NCBI GenBank assembly: GCA_003971905.1
Contig: RSEE01000003.1
Location: forward strand, 1,302,001-1,331,815
Direction of reading: 5' to 3'
DNA length: 29,815 bases
Source of the DNA: Moniliella sp. 'wahieum'
Lineage: Eukaryota
Both the position numbers and the translations under genes were made by a program. The notes under the pieces are model-generated. The model did not search any database. It saw only the letters and a list, made by a program, of their open reading frames with translations, and was not told where the DNA came from. This document shows, piece by piece, positions 1 through 11,689 of this stretch. Numbering within the stretch: position 1 is the first letter of the stretch; every line of letters starts with the position of its first letter.

Positions 1-55
1 GGAGGTAAAGATGAGGTCAATCAGCCCCCCACAATAAAGAAATCTCGTCACCGAC

Positions 56-643
56 CTACACAGTACATCTCGCCGCCGGAAACGGAGTGGGTGCCACCCT
101 CTCTTCGTTGCAGAAGAAGCTGGCGCAGATTGGCGCCAGTGTAGCAGAGCGAGGTAGGTCGGAGCCATTGTCGCTCATCCGCAGTGCCGTGTCGTGGGGG
201 CATCGGTTTGAAACAGGTGCAAACCTTCTTTCTGATGGTTCTCCTTGTTCCCCTGCTGCAGGGCAGGGATGCCAATCAGCAGCGAGTACGAATCCACCAT
301 CTCTAGCAAGCGGGCCAACAGCGCCACACATTCCGTCACAACTGCGCACGAACGCGTCCCGCTTGCCCTCGGGCCACAAATCTTCCTTGCTCATTAAACT
401 CAAAATGGTGGTGCAGGGCAAGGGTAGGTGCAGATTCACCACCTCCCCCCCGTCGTCTCCTCCAACACACACCCCGCTCTGTGGCGGCAGAGTCAGGGTG
501 TGATGAATCCGCGCCAGCTGCGCAGAATCGGAGACATCGTCCTCGACCGATGTCGAGCTGGCCGTCGGCTGGTGCGGGTCAGATCGGGCGGGGAGCGTGA
601 CGAATGGCCACTGGCAGATAAGGCGCACTAGCGGCGCACTCAT
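56..643 (-). CDS. Hypothetical protein, probably the 5' part of a gene running off the left edge
   Basis: 195-codon ORF with a good start context (GCGACCATGA). The sequence from about 60 down to 1 resembles an intron (GTAGGT/GTCGGT ... GCTGATTGAC plus a pyrimidine tract). No recognisable domain. Confidence 0.3.
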   Translation of the reverse strand: MSAPLVRLICQWPFVTLPARSDPHQPTASSTSVEDDVSDSAQLARIHHTLTLPPQSGVCVGGDDGGEVVNLHLPLPCTTILSLMSKEDLWPEGKRDAFVRSCDGMCGAVGPLARDGGFVLAADWHPCPAAGEQGEPSERRFAPVSNRCPHDTALRMSDNGSDLPRSATLAPICASFFCNEERVAPTPFPAARCTV

Positions 644-1821
644 GGTCGCGGCAGGCGATTAAGGTGAATAGCGTCGAAGCTAATGCAGCGGGATGGATCG
701 CAGGTCAGCAGCTGGGGCTTGAGAGCTGGACTGAAGAATTAGTAGAGGGTGCACCTATGACAATAGTTCTCCTGCCTTTCGGTCTCGCTCGGCCCGCTCT
801 GGTCCTACTCGCCCCAAGCGGAATGCTCCGTTGGGTTCTGCGTACCAATGCCAAGGGATGTGGTTGCAAGTTGCTTACCTGGCCGGCAGTGCTTGCCGAT
901 TGTGTGGGGCGTGGTGCAAAGTGCCGTAAGCCTGTGGCGCTTCCCACCTCTCAGAGTGAGATCTCAGACTGGAATCTCGTATCTCCGTCACAGATTTGTG
1001 GCAGCCCAAGCCAAAATCCGAACGCCCAAAGCTTATAATTGCCTGTGTCCCTCACTTTTTGTCTTCATCGCATGTGCTCTCCCTCCGCGCTCGGCGCTCC
1101 GAGAGGCTGAGGAGGCTCGGCAGGGCTCGGCTGGCTCGGGGCTGGCGCTCAGCCGCTCAGCTAAAGTTGCTCAGTACGTATCAGGGATGCATGATGTGCA
1201 TGATGGTAGAACTCAAATTGGCTTCGTTCTTCCTCCACGTAACCGCGTAACCACATAACCACCTGTCACAGTCACATGTCACACACTAAAGTGCCCTCTA
1301 GTGCGCTCGGGACCCCATGGGGCGCAAGGCCAGTGTTATCGATTATCTCGGGCGGCTTGGACCCGGAGGGATGTACAGACAGCAGCTATGTTTTGCTCCG
1401 GCGGCGTTTGGCAACAATGGCAAGACCCATAGCACGGAGCGTACTCAGACTGAGCACTGACAGTACTGACATGGTCGATAGTATGTGCCAAAACCACCGG
1501 AGAGGACAGCGGTACATTCTTGCCGTTGGCATGCGCGCGGCACCTTCCCAAACGCAAGCGCACACTTGCGTGTCCGTGCGGTCCAAATCCTTTCCAGTCC
1601 ATATTAGTCTTTTGGTGCGCACATGCGTTGAACGTTGACGGAGAAGATGCTTCAGAAAACTTGACTAGCTTTTAGATGTGGCATGTGACATGTGAGAGCC
1701 GTATATAGCTGCTGCCGGCCAGGGCTCCTTTCATTGACCTGCCATGCCATCCCAGCCACCGCCCACCGCCCATCCTGGCACCCCGGCCCCACACTGGCCC
1801 CTCCAGCCACCCCCGGGAATC

Positions 1822-2255
1822 GATAAGCTTCTAGCATCGTGCTTATCTCACTGTGGCTCAGTGGCCACTAGGTCACTCCCCCGCTTATTAGCGCTTACCT
1901 CTTCTCCCTCCCCCCTTGGGGGCAGTTTCGCTTCGGCAGTGATATTCCTAGCAGAGTGCCAGTCTGCCCCACTTCTCTGCGTCGGCTGCCCCTCTCAGAT
2001 ATCATTGGTCCTCGATATCGATCATCGGCCATTGTTGATACTGGTACTGAGATTGGCCCTCTCCATCGGAACTGCACTCGTCCGTACTTACTACTTACTT
2101 CTCATCGATCATCAGTGCTCGTGTACCAGCACACCCTCTTCCGCTGCAGCAGCCCAGCACGAATCCCCCGCTGAAAAAGACACAGTAGCGAGTCAGCTAT
2201 ATATAGGCAGCCCCCAGTTGTCGTCCATACGGGACGAGTAGCCGCCTATATTATA
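1822..2255 (+). promoter_or_regulatory. Putative ammonium transporter promoter: GATA-site cluster and TATA boxes
   Basis: GATAAG 1822, CTTATC 1842, TGATAT 1940, GATATC 1998 and 2014, TGATAC 2036; TATATATA at about 2198 and TATATTATA at about 2247, upstream of ATG 2316. Fungal MEP genes are established targets of nitrogen GATA factors. Confidence 0.45.
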
Positions 2256-2315
2256 CCCCTTGTGATCACTCTCACTTCCTTCCGGATCTTCGCCCCCCCT
2301 CCCCAATCCACGACG

Positions 2316-3757
2316 ATGGACACCATCGCTTCCACCTACAATGCAACCCTCACCCACGACGGCAACATTTCCTTCTGGGTCGACGGAACGGAGCTGGTGT
2401 ACAATCTGGGCGACCTGGCTTGGATGATCGTCGCCTCCGCCCTGGTCATGCTGATGATTCCCGGTCTGGGTTACTTTTACGGTGGCCTGCTACGGCGCAA
2501 GAATGCCCTATCGATGATCTGGATGAGTGTCGCCGTCATGGCCGTCGTCTTCTTTGAATGGTTCTTCTGGGGCTTCTCTCTCGCCTTCTCCCCTACCGGC
2601 AGCGGTTTCATCGGCGACCTTAAGCACTTTGGCTTGATCAATGTTGATCTTCAACCTTCCTCGGGCTCACCGGCCATCCCACAACTTCTCTTTTGTTTGT
2701 ATCAGGGCATGTTTGCCGCCATCACCCGGTCATTGCTTGTGGTGCGTTTGCCGACCGGGCAAGATTGGGACCGATGCTGCTCTTCTCGTTTTGCTGGGCT
2801 ACCATTGTGTACAACCCCATCGCTAATGCTACTTGGAACGTGGGCGTCGGCTGGTCCAACAATATGGGTGGCCTCGACTTTGCCGGTGGCACGCCTGTGC
2901 ACACGGCGTCGGGCGTGAGTGCGCTGGCGATCAGCATGTTCTTGGGAAAACGAAGCGGATACGGGACGGATCGGCTGGCCTACCGTCCTTACAATGTGTC
3001 CCACGTTATCCTTGGCACCGTCTTTCTCTGGGTCGGCTGGATCGGGTTCAATGGCGGCTCGGCCTTGGGCGCCAACCTGCGTGCGGTCCAGGCTTCGATG
3101 GTCACCATTGTGGCTGCCAGCGTGGGGGGGGTGACGTGGATGCTATGGGATTACCGTTTGGAGCGCAAGTGGTCCGCGGTGGGGTTTTGCTCGGGAGTGA
3201 TTAGCGGGTTGGTGGCCATCACCCCAGGCAGCGGGTACGTCTCCACACCGTCCAGTCTGGTGTTGGCGTGGTGGGCGCGACGGCGTGCAAACTTTGGTAC
3301 GGGGCTCAAGACCGTACTTCAGATTGACGATTCGCTCGATATTTTTGCCGCCCATGCCATGGCGGGATTGCGGGCAACTTGTTGACCGGGTTGTTTGCCG
3401 ACCAGCGGGTCGCATCCTTTGACCTATCCACTCCGATCCCCGGCGGGTGGATCAATCACCACTACAATCCAGCTCGCATATCAATTGGCCGACTCGTGCT
3501 ACGGTGTAGGGTGGAGCTTTGTCGTCACATTGCTTCTGCTTTGTGATTGATCGGATTCCTTATTGCCACTCCGCGTCACAGAGGAGGAAGAGTTACTGGG
3601 TATCGACTTGGCCCAAGTGGGCGAGGAGGCAATGTACCAGCCCTTGGGCAGCGAGGAGGTACAGAACCCCCACTCTGGCATCAGCATCACCATGCCCGAC
3701 TTGACCTCCAACGACCACACCAGCGGATACGAGAAGGCCATCTCACAATACCCCTGA
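2316..3757 (+). CDS. MEP: Mep/Amt-family ammonium transporter, intronless, about 7 single-base indels in this sequence
   Basis: Joined frames give NLGDLAWMIVASALVMLMIPGLGYFYGGLLRRKNALS, QGMFAAIT(P), GGLDFAGGTPVH, LWVGWIGFNGGSALGAN, GLVAITPGSGYV, DDSLDIFAAHA, GGWINHHY and LRVTEEEELLGIDLAQVGE. Both pore histidines are present. Indels at about 2725, 3265, 3290, 3360, 3466, 3540 and 3569; no in-frame stops once corrected. Confidence 0.95.
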
Positions 3758-6259
3758 TGGGTGAGTACCGGTAACCTTTACCCCTCCTATATATCTACTT
3801 TTGGCATGAGTAGTTCGGTCAATATCTGTAACTTCCCCCCATTTCCTTCGTTACCCCTCTAGGTCGGATGTTCGCTCGTTGCTTGGCTGGGGTCGCGCCT
3901 TAAAATTCGGCGCGTAGTCGTTCTTGTAACCTGTCCATATCTACCATCTTCGCCTCCAACCGCGGAGCTACTGATATAGCGTGACTGCTCTCGTATCCGT
4001 GGCACTTGCAGAATGGGCAGGGACAACGAACCGCCGCGACTCACCTACTGGCTCCTCATGAGCCGGCGTATGCTGCCTGGTCATGCCAACCCGTAATTCG
4101 GAAACCAGCAGAGTCACCAGCAGGTCAGGACCCTCTGGCACCCGCCATTCGCTTCCAAACCGGGTGGAGCGCTAACCCAACCCAAACTCATCCCAGATGA
4201 TGCAACCGTCCCAGTCTCGCCAGCTGGACCCAGTACCCCACAAAGGGGGCAGCTCATCCAGGGTACTAGCCCCCCGTGTGCCGGGGGTGCAGTAACGAGG
4301 CGGGGGGTTTTGGGTAAACGTCAAGGTACCGCCGTGACAATCAGATGAGCGATTCGCTCGAACCCGCCCAAAGTGGGTGTCATTTCGGGATCTGAGGACA
4401 AGCCCTGCCGGGAAGGTGACCCCTTGTTCTCTTCTACTGAACACGTGTGATACAGATTGGATAGCAGAGCCAGGTTAGAGGAGACACTTGCCGCACCCCA
4501 CAGAAGCGACGGGGTAGGCGGGAATGAAACGTACGAGCCAAGGGCAGACGGGCGAGAAAAACTGCCCGCATGCTCTCGAGGCTCGCTCTGTGGCTGGGAC
4601 AGACCGCGGTGGCAGGCGATCATCTCGGACAGCGGGGAAAGCGGCTCCATGACACCCGCACAGCTGGCACCAACATTGGCGGTGCCCCTGCTGAACGCGA
4701 TTGGCGGCCTGGTTAGGCCTTCTTCAGCCGCCATGCTGGAAGCGTCTGGACTAGCTTCATCGACGCAAGGGCCCATCAACCGTACCAATGAGAAGAAGCA
4801 AGAGCGGCAAGCCGGCCAACCAGCACATCCACACCTTCGACGGGGAGATGGGTGAGTGGGCCGCAGCCAGTGGAGGCTGAGCATGGGAATGGATGAGGAC
4901 CGTAGCAGGGGGGGGCACAAATAGTGGTAGTGGTGGCACAGGCCCAGCCAGCAATTGTGGTCGCCTCAGCGCCGATGGCCACGCAATTGGCCATAAGTGG
5001 CCGACACAATGGAAATCATGGAACTTGAGCTCAAGCGTTGCCTGACCCTTCGATCATTAATGAGTCCCGCGAGAATAGCTGAATTATAATACAGTGCACT
5101 ACGTTTATTGGTCGTGCTAGTACCCGCACACTCATCCGGGCACAGCGCAAACCATCCCAGCTTCCATCCTGGACAATCTGGCCAAAACCAACCTTCGCCT
5201 TCGATACGCACAAGGATATAGTCAGTCTGCTTTCCATCTGCCCCCCCAAAAAGGCTCATAATATTACGCTGGTGATCGACTGCAGAAAACCCCTTCATAT
5301 ATCACAGGGCTTTGTGCTACTAGAAATCCGCAGAGTGCTGTGGATTCCAGCCAACAGTACGCACATGCACTGGCAACGACAGGAGCGGCACGGGATATGA
5401 ATCCGGTGGCCAAATCGAGACATCAAGCCAGAGTGCTATTAGCGGAATGGGACGTGGCAGATAGTGACATGTGCTGAGTCATGTTTCTTTTGCTGCAAGC
5501 TGTCTACGACTTTTGCCCTTTTTTCTGGAACAGATTCGCCCGCCATCTTCTCTTTTTCTCTTCTCTCTATAACCCTTTCACGTCCAGGGAGTCAACAAAG
5601 AGCATAGGGGATATCCGTCACGGCTCTTTCCTTGGGCTTGGGTTCACCGGCACCGGTCATCCCGCCTCGCTCCCCGTATTTCGACCTGCCTGATGAGCCC
5701 AGTGCCCCTCACCCCGCCATGTTATCGTTGTGTTTCTCAATACAGCAACGGTTCAAAGGTTTCCAAGCTGCGAGCGAGAGGGCAATGTCAACCAACCCCC
5801 TCATCTCTCAGATCTCAGCCCTGACCGTGAAGAAGATGCATGCACGGATGAGAAATGCTGTGAGTAGAATTCTACGGACTTGAATACCTATAGAAGCAGA
5901 ATCCGAACTGGGGGACAAAGCCAAGCAACATATGTGACATGGTTTTCATCCAAAGACTGGAGGCGCGGTCGCAACCATTGCTTGGACGAGCATGGGGGGA
6001 GGTGCATGCAAAGAACCATACAGTAAAGAGCAGACGAATGTTCGGTTATACAATGGATGAAATCCGTGGGTAGGTGGGCGATGGATTTCAGCCATGAGGC
6101 CTGGTAAACGGAGAAGTGAAAGGAAGGGCCTGCTTGGGGGGGGAGTTAAAGAGGGGAGGAAAAGAAGCCGATACTGTATGATGAAAAGGGTTATAAAGGC
6201 TGATGCGCTTGGTCCAGTCGGAGGGAGCCAGCCAGCGCAACTGCCACTGCAGAGGCCGG

Positions 6260-7946
6260 TTAGTTGTCCGACGAAGCGTAATTGGACCTCGCACGGATCG
6301 ATGGGCCGATCTTGTAGAAGATGAATGGAATGGGAGCCATGGCGCAGCAGACAAAGGCCATCAGGGTGAACGCCCATTGATTTTCCATCTTGTGGAACAT
6401 CTGGTTACTGAATAGAGGAACCGAGGCACCACAGAGCGAACGGGCCAAGGTCTTGGCAGCCAACGCCGAAGCGGCCTGCCGCGGGTACACGTCCACAATG
6501 TATGCGTTGGCCGCATGTAGATGGCGACAAAGGCAAAGCCCTCGGAATCATCGAATCATCGAACCGACCAGTGCACATGCGGCATACTGGTCCAAGCAAA
6601 TGAACATCGAGATTGGCAAGATCACGGCACCCACCATCATCAGGGAAGGCGGTCTTCAGGGTGTTCTTGCGTTCCAGCCACCGCTATGGTACCACCGCTC
6701 GTGCACGAAAAACACATAGAGGTTCGCCAACAAATTCCTACCACCAGAGCAAGGAAGATGAGACCCACTTCACCAGCGTTGATCCGTGGCCCTCGGCGTA
6801 CACGATCGGCAAGGCGAAGAAGAGAAGATACAGAAGAGCTGAGGGAGGGTCAGTAAGGTTGGTTTCCAACAATCCTCAAAAGCAGAAGTGGGGAAGGGGG
6901 GGTTGGCGTACCATACACAAGGCAGAGGTAGCCCGAGAAAAGGATGATCAGCGGCTCACTGACCAACATGAGGAAAGGAATGAGCACGGACGTCTTGACG
7001 ATATCGCCAATCGACCGCTTGCCCACACGCTCGTTCGCCGTCGAGTAGCGTTCGTCGCCCGTTTCCTTGCGCAGCTTCTTGGCACGCTTCTTGAGGATGA
7101 CTGGGGCCAGCGTCTCGGGCGCAAAGAGACTGAATAAAGATAATGCCCGTAAAGGCAAACAGGGTCCAGTAGATGTACCGCCACGCCCGAGGGCTGTGGG
7201 TGCCCGTCTTGATGTAGCCACCGATCAAGGGACCAACGGAAGGACCAACGAAAATGACGGAAGAGAACATGGCCATCGGCACACCCTTTTGCTCTGGCCT
7301 CCACACATCCGACAACGAGCCGCCCACGTTGGTCATCGGGGCCGAAGCGGCCAGACCGGCAATCATACGACCGGACAAGAGCGTGGCAATGTTGGGAGCC
7401 AGCGCACACTGCATGTTGAAGATAAAGTAAAGGAAGCCGCAGAGCAGGTACACAGGCTGCCGTCCAATCATCTCGGATAGCGAAGCGAGAGAGCATGGGG
7501 CCAAAGCCAAAGCCACAAACAAAGAGAGTGATGGTCAAGTTGATGGCTTCCATAGAGACCTTGAGCGATTTGGCAGCACCGTCCAGATCACCGGTAGGCA
7601 TCGAAGAGCCAATGGCTACCGTGAAACACAAGAGAGAGGTGAACATGGTGATGAACCATTTGCGGTTGGTCAACCAGTTCTTGGGGTTATCCGGATCCTC
7701 GGGGCTGAATTCGACGAGGAAAGGGTCGATCTGGTCTGCCTTCTCCGCATTGTCGATGCGGTCGAGGTACTCCTGGCTGACCAAACTGCGCTCACCGTCA
7801 TGGTCGAGGTCCAAGTCGGGGTTGGTGGGCTGGGGCATGCGAGCCGGGATGGGCTCCTCCTTGTTTTGCTTGAACGCCTCATCGGGGATGGAGGTGCGGT
7901 CAGACGCTACAGACGCAGGGCGCACGATGTCTTCAGCGACGGCCAT
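6260..7946 (-). CDS. MFS drug:H+ antiporter, DHA1 family (Tpo/Flr1-like), with an intron at 6839-6911 and several indels
   Basis: Motifs DPDNPKNWLTNRKW, SEMIGRQPVY, GRMIAGLAASAPMTNVGGSLSDVW, PETLAPVILKKRAKKLRKETG, EPLIILFSGY, and C-terminal YPRQAASALAA...PIPFIFYKIGPSIRARS. The intron reads GTACGC...TACTGAC...CAG. Frameshifts at about 7490 and 7125, with more in 6500-6790. Confidence 0.93.
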
Positions 7947-8016
7947 GCTGGGCAGGGATGGAGAAGAAGGGGAAGACGGGGGATACGGGACAGGAATGGC
8001 GCAGGCGGGTGGGGGG

Positions 8017-8099
8017 TTATATACTACGGGGCATAGTGCGAGATGGAGCGAGGGGGCAGGCGGAGGGGATGCCTGAAAATGGGTGGTTCAGTTTACTAA
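8017..8099 (-). promoter_or_regulatory. Putative MFS promoter: TATA box and Yap1/Pap1-type element
   Basis: TATATAA on the minus strand at 8017-8023, about 70 bp upstream of the ATG; TTACTAA at 8093-8099. Confidence 0.35.
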
Positions 8100-9003
8100 A
8101 AGCAGACTGCTAAGCGTCCGTCGCAATAGCAGGCGGCGAGCAGCCAAACGGTGCAGATGACGAGAGATGGCAGACAAGAGCGGGAGTGGGTGCCCCCATT
8201 GGGGGCTGTGGGGGTGTGCGGCAAACGATGGGCCATGATGCATGATTGATCATGCATCGCCAGGCGCTGAGGCTGCGCTCAGCGCTCCCTCGTCACGCGT
8301 CACTCGTCAGCGTCACTCGAACCTGCAGCGGCCGAGACGAACATGCAGGTTGGATTAGATCTTGCTCTTGGCTCTGAGCGCCTTGTCTTGCACCCGTCCT
8401 GTCCTCCGCCCTGCCTCGATCGGGCAGCAGGGGGACGCTGGCCCCGTGCCATGCCTGCGCGTCCGCCTGCGTGCCAGTGCGGCCCCGTGCCCGTGCCCTG
8501 CGTGCCCCTGGGCCACTCGCCACGGGCCACCGGCCGTCGCTGGCACGTGAGCAGCAGCAGCGTCGCACGGCGGCACTGCTGGCGCGTGGGCATGAGCAGC
8601 GGCGGAACGCGTCGCGTCTGATTTGATGCGTCGCTTGACCACTGCCCCGCGCTAAGCCCGCACCCACACCCCCCCGTGCGGTCCCCGCAGTGGTTGTGTT
8701 AGCTGTCCCCACGGTCGTTTGAAATTGGAAGGACGGGAACGGTGAGCGGTGAGCTCACCAGTGACGTTGAACGTTGATGCATGTTGATGTGACATGCATG
8801 ACGTGTGCAGGTGAACGTTTGAACGCGCCTCTCGCTGCCCCCGTCCGGGGGATGCGAGGGATGCGATGGCAGCCTCCAGCGCGTCAGCGGCCACGGGCAT
8901 CGGGGGACTGCAGCGGCCTGCGCTCGCCCTGCCCCTGCGCCGGCCACGTGAGACGCATTTGTCGGGCACCTTGTCAAATGCACTGGAATATTGACGCTCG
9001 ACG

Positions 9004-9032
9004 GTCGGACACCGTCGGACACCGTCCGACAC
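9004..9032. repeat. 10-bp tandem repeat GTCGGACACC, about 3 copies
   Basis: gtcggacacc gtcggacacc gtccgacac read directly. Confidence 0.8.
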
Positions 9033-10149
9033 GCTGGCAGTGCACCGCTCCCACGCCGCCGCTCGTCGAACCCATTCAATATTCAGCCAACGCCCTTCCA
9101 GCAGTGCTGCGGCCAAGTGCCATTATGCATGGCGCATTATGTGGTAGTCTTAAGTTGGCAGGACCAAACGATGAACGTTGAACGTCCTGATACTGAACCT
9201 TGGCGTCTGGACATGATGCACATGATAAACACGGTTAACGTTTGGCGTTCAGCCTACGCACTCGGCCACTGTCATCCGCCACTCCAGGCCACGCACCTCC
9301 GGACCTCTCAGACTCAGATCTCGCAGACCGCATCTCACTCTCACATCTCTCTCAAAGGTCAGCCTGACCGCTCAGCCTGGGGCCTGAGGGCCTGACCGGC
9401 CTGATCTGACGCGTCCGACGATCTGACGCCTGACGGGCTGACCTCAGTCCCCACGCCGCACCCTCGGGGCTACAGGATTGCGAACTCAGTGAACTCTATC
9501 TGGGCACTCCCTCAATACTGAACTTGTGAACTTCACTCGTACTGAGTACTGAGTAGTTGAACTCAGTTCTTCACTGCTACATGTCAGAGAGAAACAGTTG
9601 GTAGTGTAGCAGTCAGCTTGTCAGCGCTGAAACACAGCGTTCAGCCGCTCAGCCTGAGCACTCTCAGGAACGTGAACTCGGAATATTTTAACTCCGTCCT
9701 TTCCGAACTCAACAACACTCACTCAACAGTACTGTGCGCACTCGCACAGTTTTTTCAGTTCAGACGAGACCAGTCAGTCGGTCAGGTCAGGCCCGAGGGT
9801 AGAGAGCGCTATAAACGCCATGACCTTGAAGCTTTGTGGGAGGCGAGCAAGGCAAAGGGGAGATGGTGGGGATGCAGTCAGGGGAAGGCAGCCCGGAGGC
9901 GCAACAGGACGGGCGCAACAGAGGCGGAACGGGGCCGCCTCGCACAAGCTTTTTTAAGGCCTACTAAGGGCCAAGAGGAAAAGCTCAGAGAGCGAAATAT
10001 ATGTCGAAGTGGTGCTCAGCCTGAGCGCTCAATGCGCTCAATATTCATGCTTCAAGTTTCAAATTTCAAGGGAGATCCCAACAACGAAGGGAGGCAAGCC
10101 CTGACAAGCCCTGGTTGTTCATGATGATCATGGAACATCTCTCGATCTC

Positions 10150-11640
10150 AATATCAACCTCATGCATCAAGGAATTGGTGCTACGTCAGATCGATCAGAA
10201 GAAACGTCCAGATCCGGCAACTCAACAACTAGGGCTCAGCATGAGCAGTGAGGCTTACTGCTCACTAGTCACTAGTCCCTAGCACTTGCGCCCAAGGCCC
10301 AAGACTATTTGAAAAAGTAGATCAAAATCAGTGGGGACTCGAAGTTCGCACACAGATTTCCTCCGCCGTACGGATAGGCCTCGATCTTCGTCGCCCAGAT
10401 CAAAGAAGCATCCTCCGTTTAGGCGCAACTAACTGAGTAGTTAAGTTCTTTACGCGAGCAAGTCCTCAGTGACTAGTGACCCTTATCAGCTCGCTCTCCT
10501 CACAGGGCGTATCGCATGTGCCGAATGAGAGAATCTCTTTAACCACCACCCCCTCCCCCTTCCGAAAGGGGAAGGGCTTCAAGAACAAGTTGAAGAAATC
10601 GACCATCGGTTGAAGGTGCACATCAGGGTGCGCCACCCCGACTGAGACGAAGCAAGCAGCACCCGTGTGCTGAGGCGGTGCCTGGGTCAGAACTCGTCTC
10701 GGACTCTGACAAGTCAGATCCACTCTAGACGGCTGACCGTCAGCATCGCACCCTCTGGTCCTTGATCGGATCCTCGCGTTGAGTCGTGGAGGGGCTGTTG
10801 GCGTGATTACAAAATACGATGACATGCCAGCATCTCGTAATCACTCCTTGCCCGACTCTCCCCTCTGTACCCTTCCTCTGCCGAGAAGGGTTTTCTTAGA
10901 AGAAAACAACCATCTCTCCCTCATTTCATCCTTCGTCCTCCACATTGCCAGCTTGGGAACAGTACTTCTCGGGACGTTGGGTGTGGAAAACAACCACATG
11001 GCTAGCGCCTCATCACCCAGATCATTGGCTAGGACCCAATCGTTCTCCGACCCCAGGGAACCCAACTAAGGATGAGATGTTGGAGCTGATATTGATGTAG
11101 TAGTAGCGGGTGTCCCAAATCTTGTCCACCAACGAATGGTCTTCTCTCCGCTCAACAATAGGCGGTGGAGGTAAAGGATCATGCAGAGCAGCCATCTCGT
11201 CGAAACGGTGGGCCAGAGGCAGGTATATTCAATACCAGATGGATCATAATCGAAACTGAGTACTGACAGGTCAAGAAGAAAGGTTCCTTCATGTATTTTG
11301 CCTTAACAACCTTGAAAGGACCCAAATACCTTCACTCCAAAGAATTACTGGGACGTTCGGAGGGGATTATTGCTTAGTCAACAACCCAATCTCCAACCTC
11401 CAGTTGATGAACTTCGCTATACGCAGACGATCTGCATACCGCTTTGCCCGGACGCGAGCTGGCTCATAATGAACCCCTTGGATGACACAGCAGAAGTGTC
11501 GTGCGCTCAATCCCATACCCTTGATCCGATCCGAAACTGATAAGCAACCGGCCCCGATACTGGCCCTCATGTGACTGAGACACAGCACCCCCGCCACAGC
11601 ATAGCCACTATAGAATCCAACTCAAAATACGCGAGGGCGT
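10150..11640 (-). mobile_element. Degenerate Ty3/gypsy chromovirus 3' end: integrase C-terminus, chromodomain, PPT and probable 3' LTR
   Basis: Minus strand: RAKRYADRLR; QLEVGDWV...ERPSNSLE*RYLGPFKVV (GPF/Y motif, about 11300-11410); PLPPPPIV...LVDKIWDTR and ENDWVLANDL (chromodomain, about 11010-11180). The purine tract GGAAGGGGGAGGGGG at 10563-10549 is followed by TG. The far end of the LTR is approximate. Confidence 0.8.
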
Positions 11641-11689
11641 GTTCTGATCAACCGGTCGAGGGCACTATAGCACCACTACAGGTACCAAC

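Noticed and set aside
2720..3570. Programmed ribosomal frameshifting in the Amt gene
   Set aside because: Seven mixed +1/-1 events without slippery heptamers; sequencing error is far simpler.
4321..4920. ORFs of 132-199 aa between the Amt and MFS genes
   Set aside because: Non-ATG starts, Ser/Pro/Ala-rich, and no homology I can recognise.
5568..6195. Inverted pair TATAACCCTTTCA / TGAAAAGGGTTATA resembling MITE or piggyBac ends
   Set aside because: Only about 13 bp with an indel, the match does not extend, and there is no clean TTAA duplication; plausible by chance.
8230..9800. CRISPR-like or telomeric array
   Set aside because: No constant repeat with regular spacers and no (TTAGGG)n tract; the context is eukaryotic.
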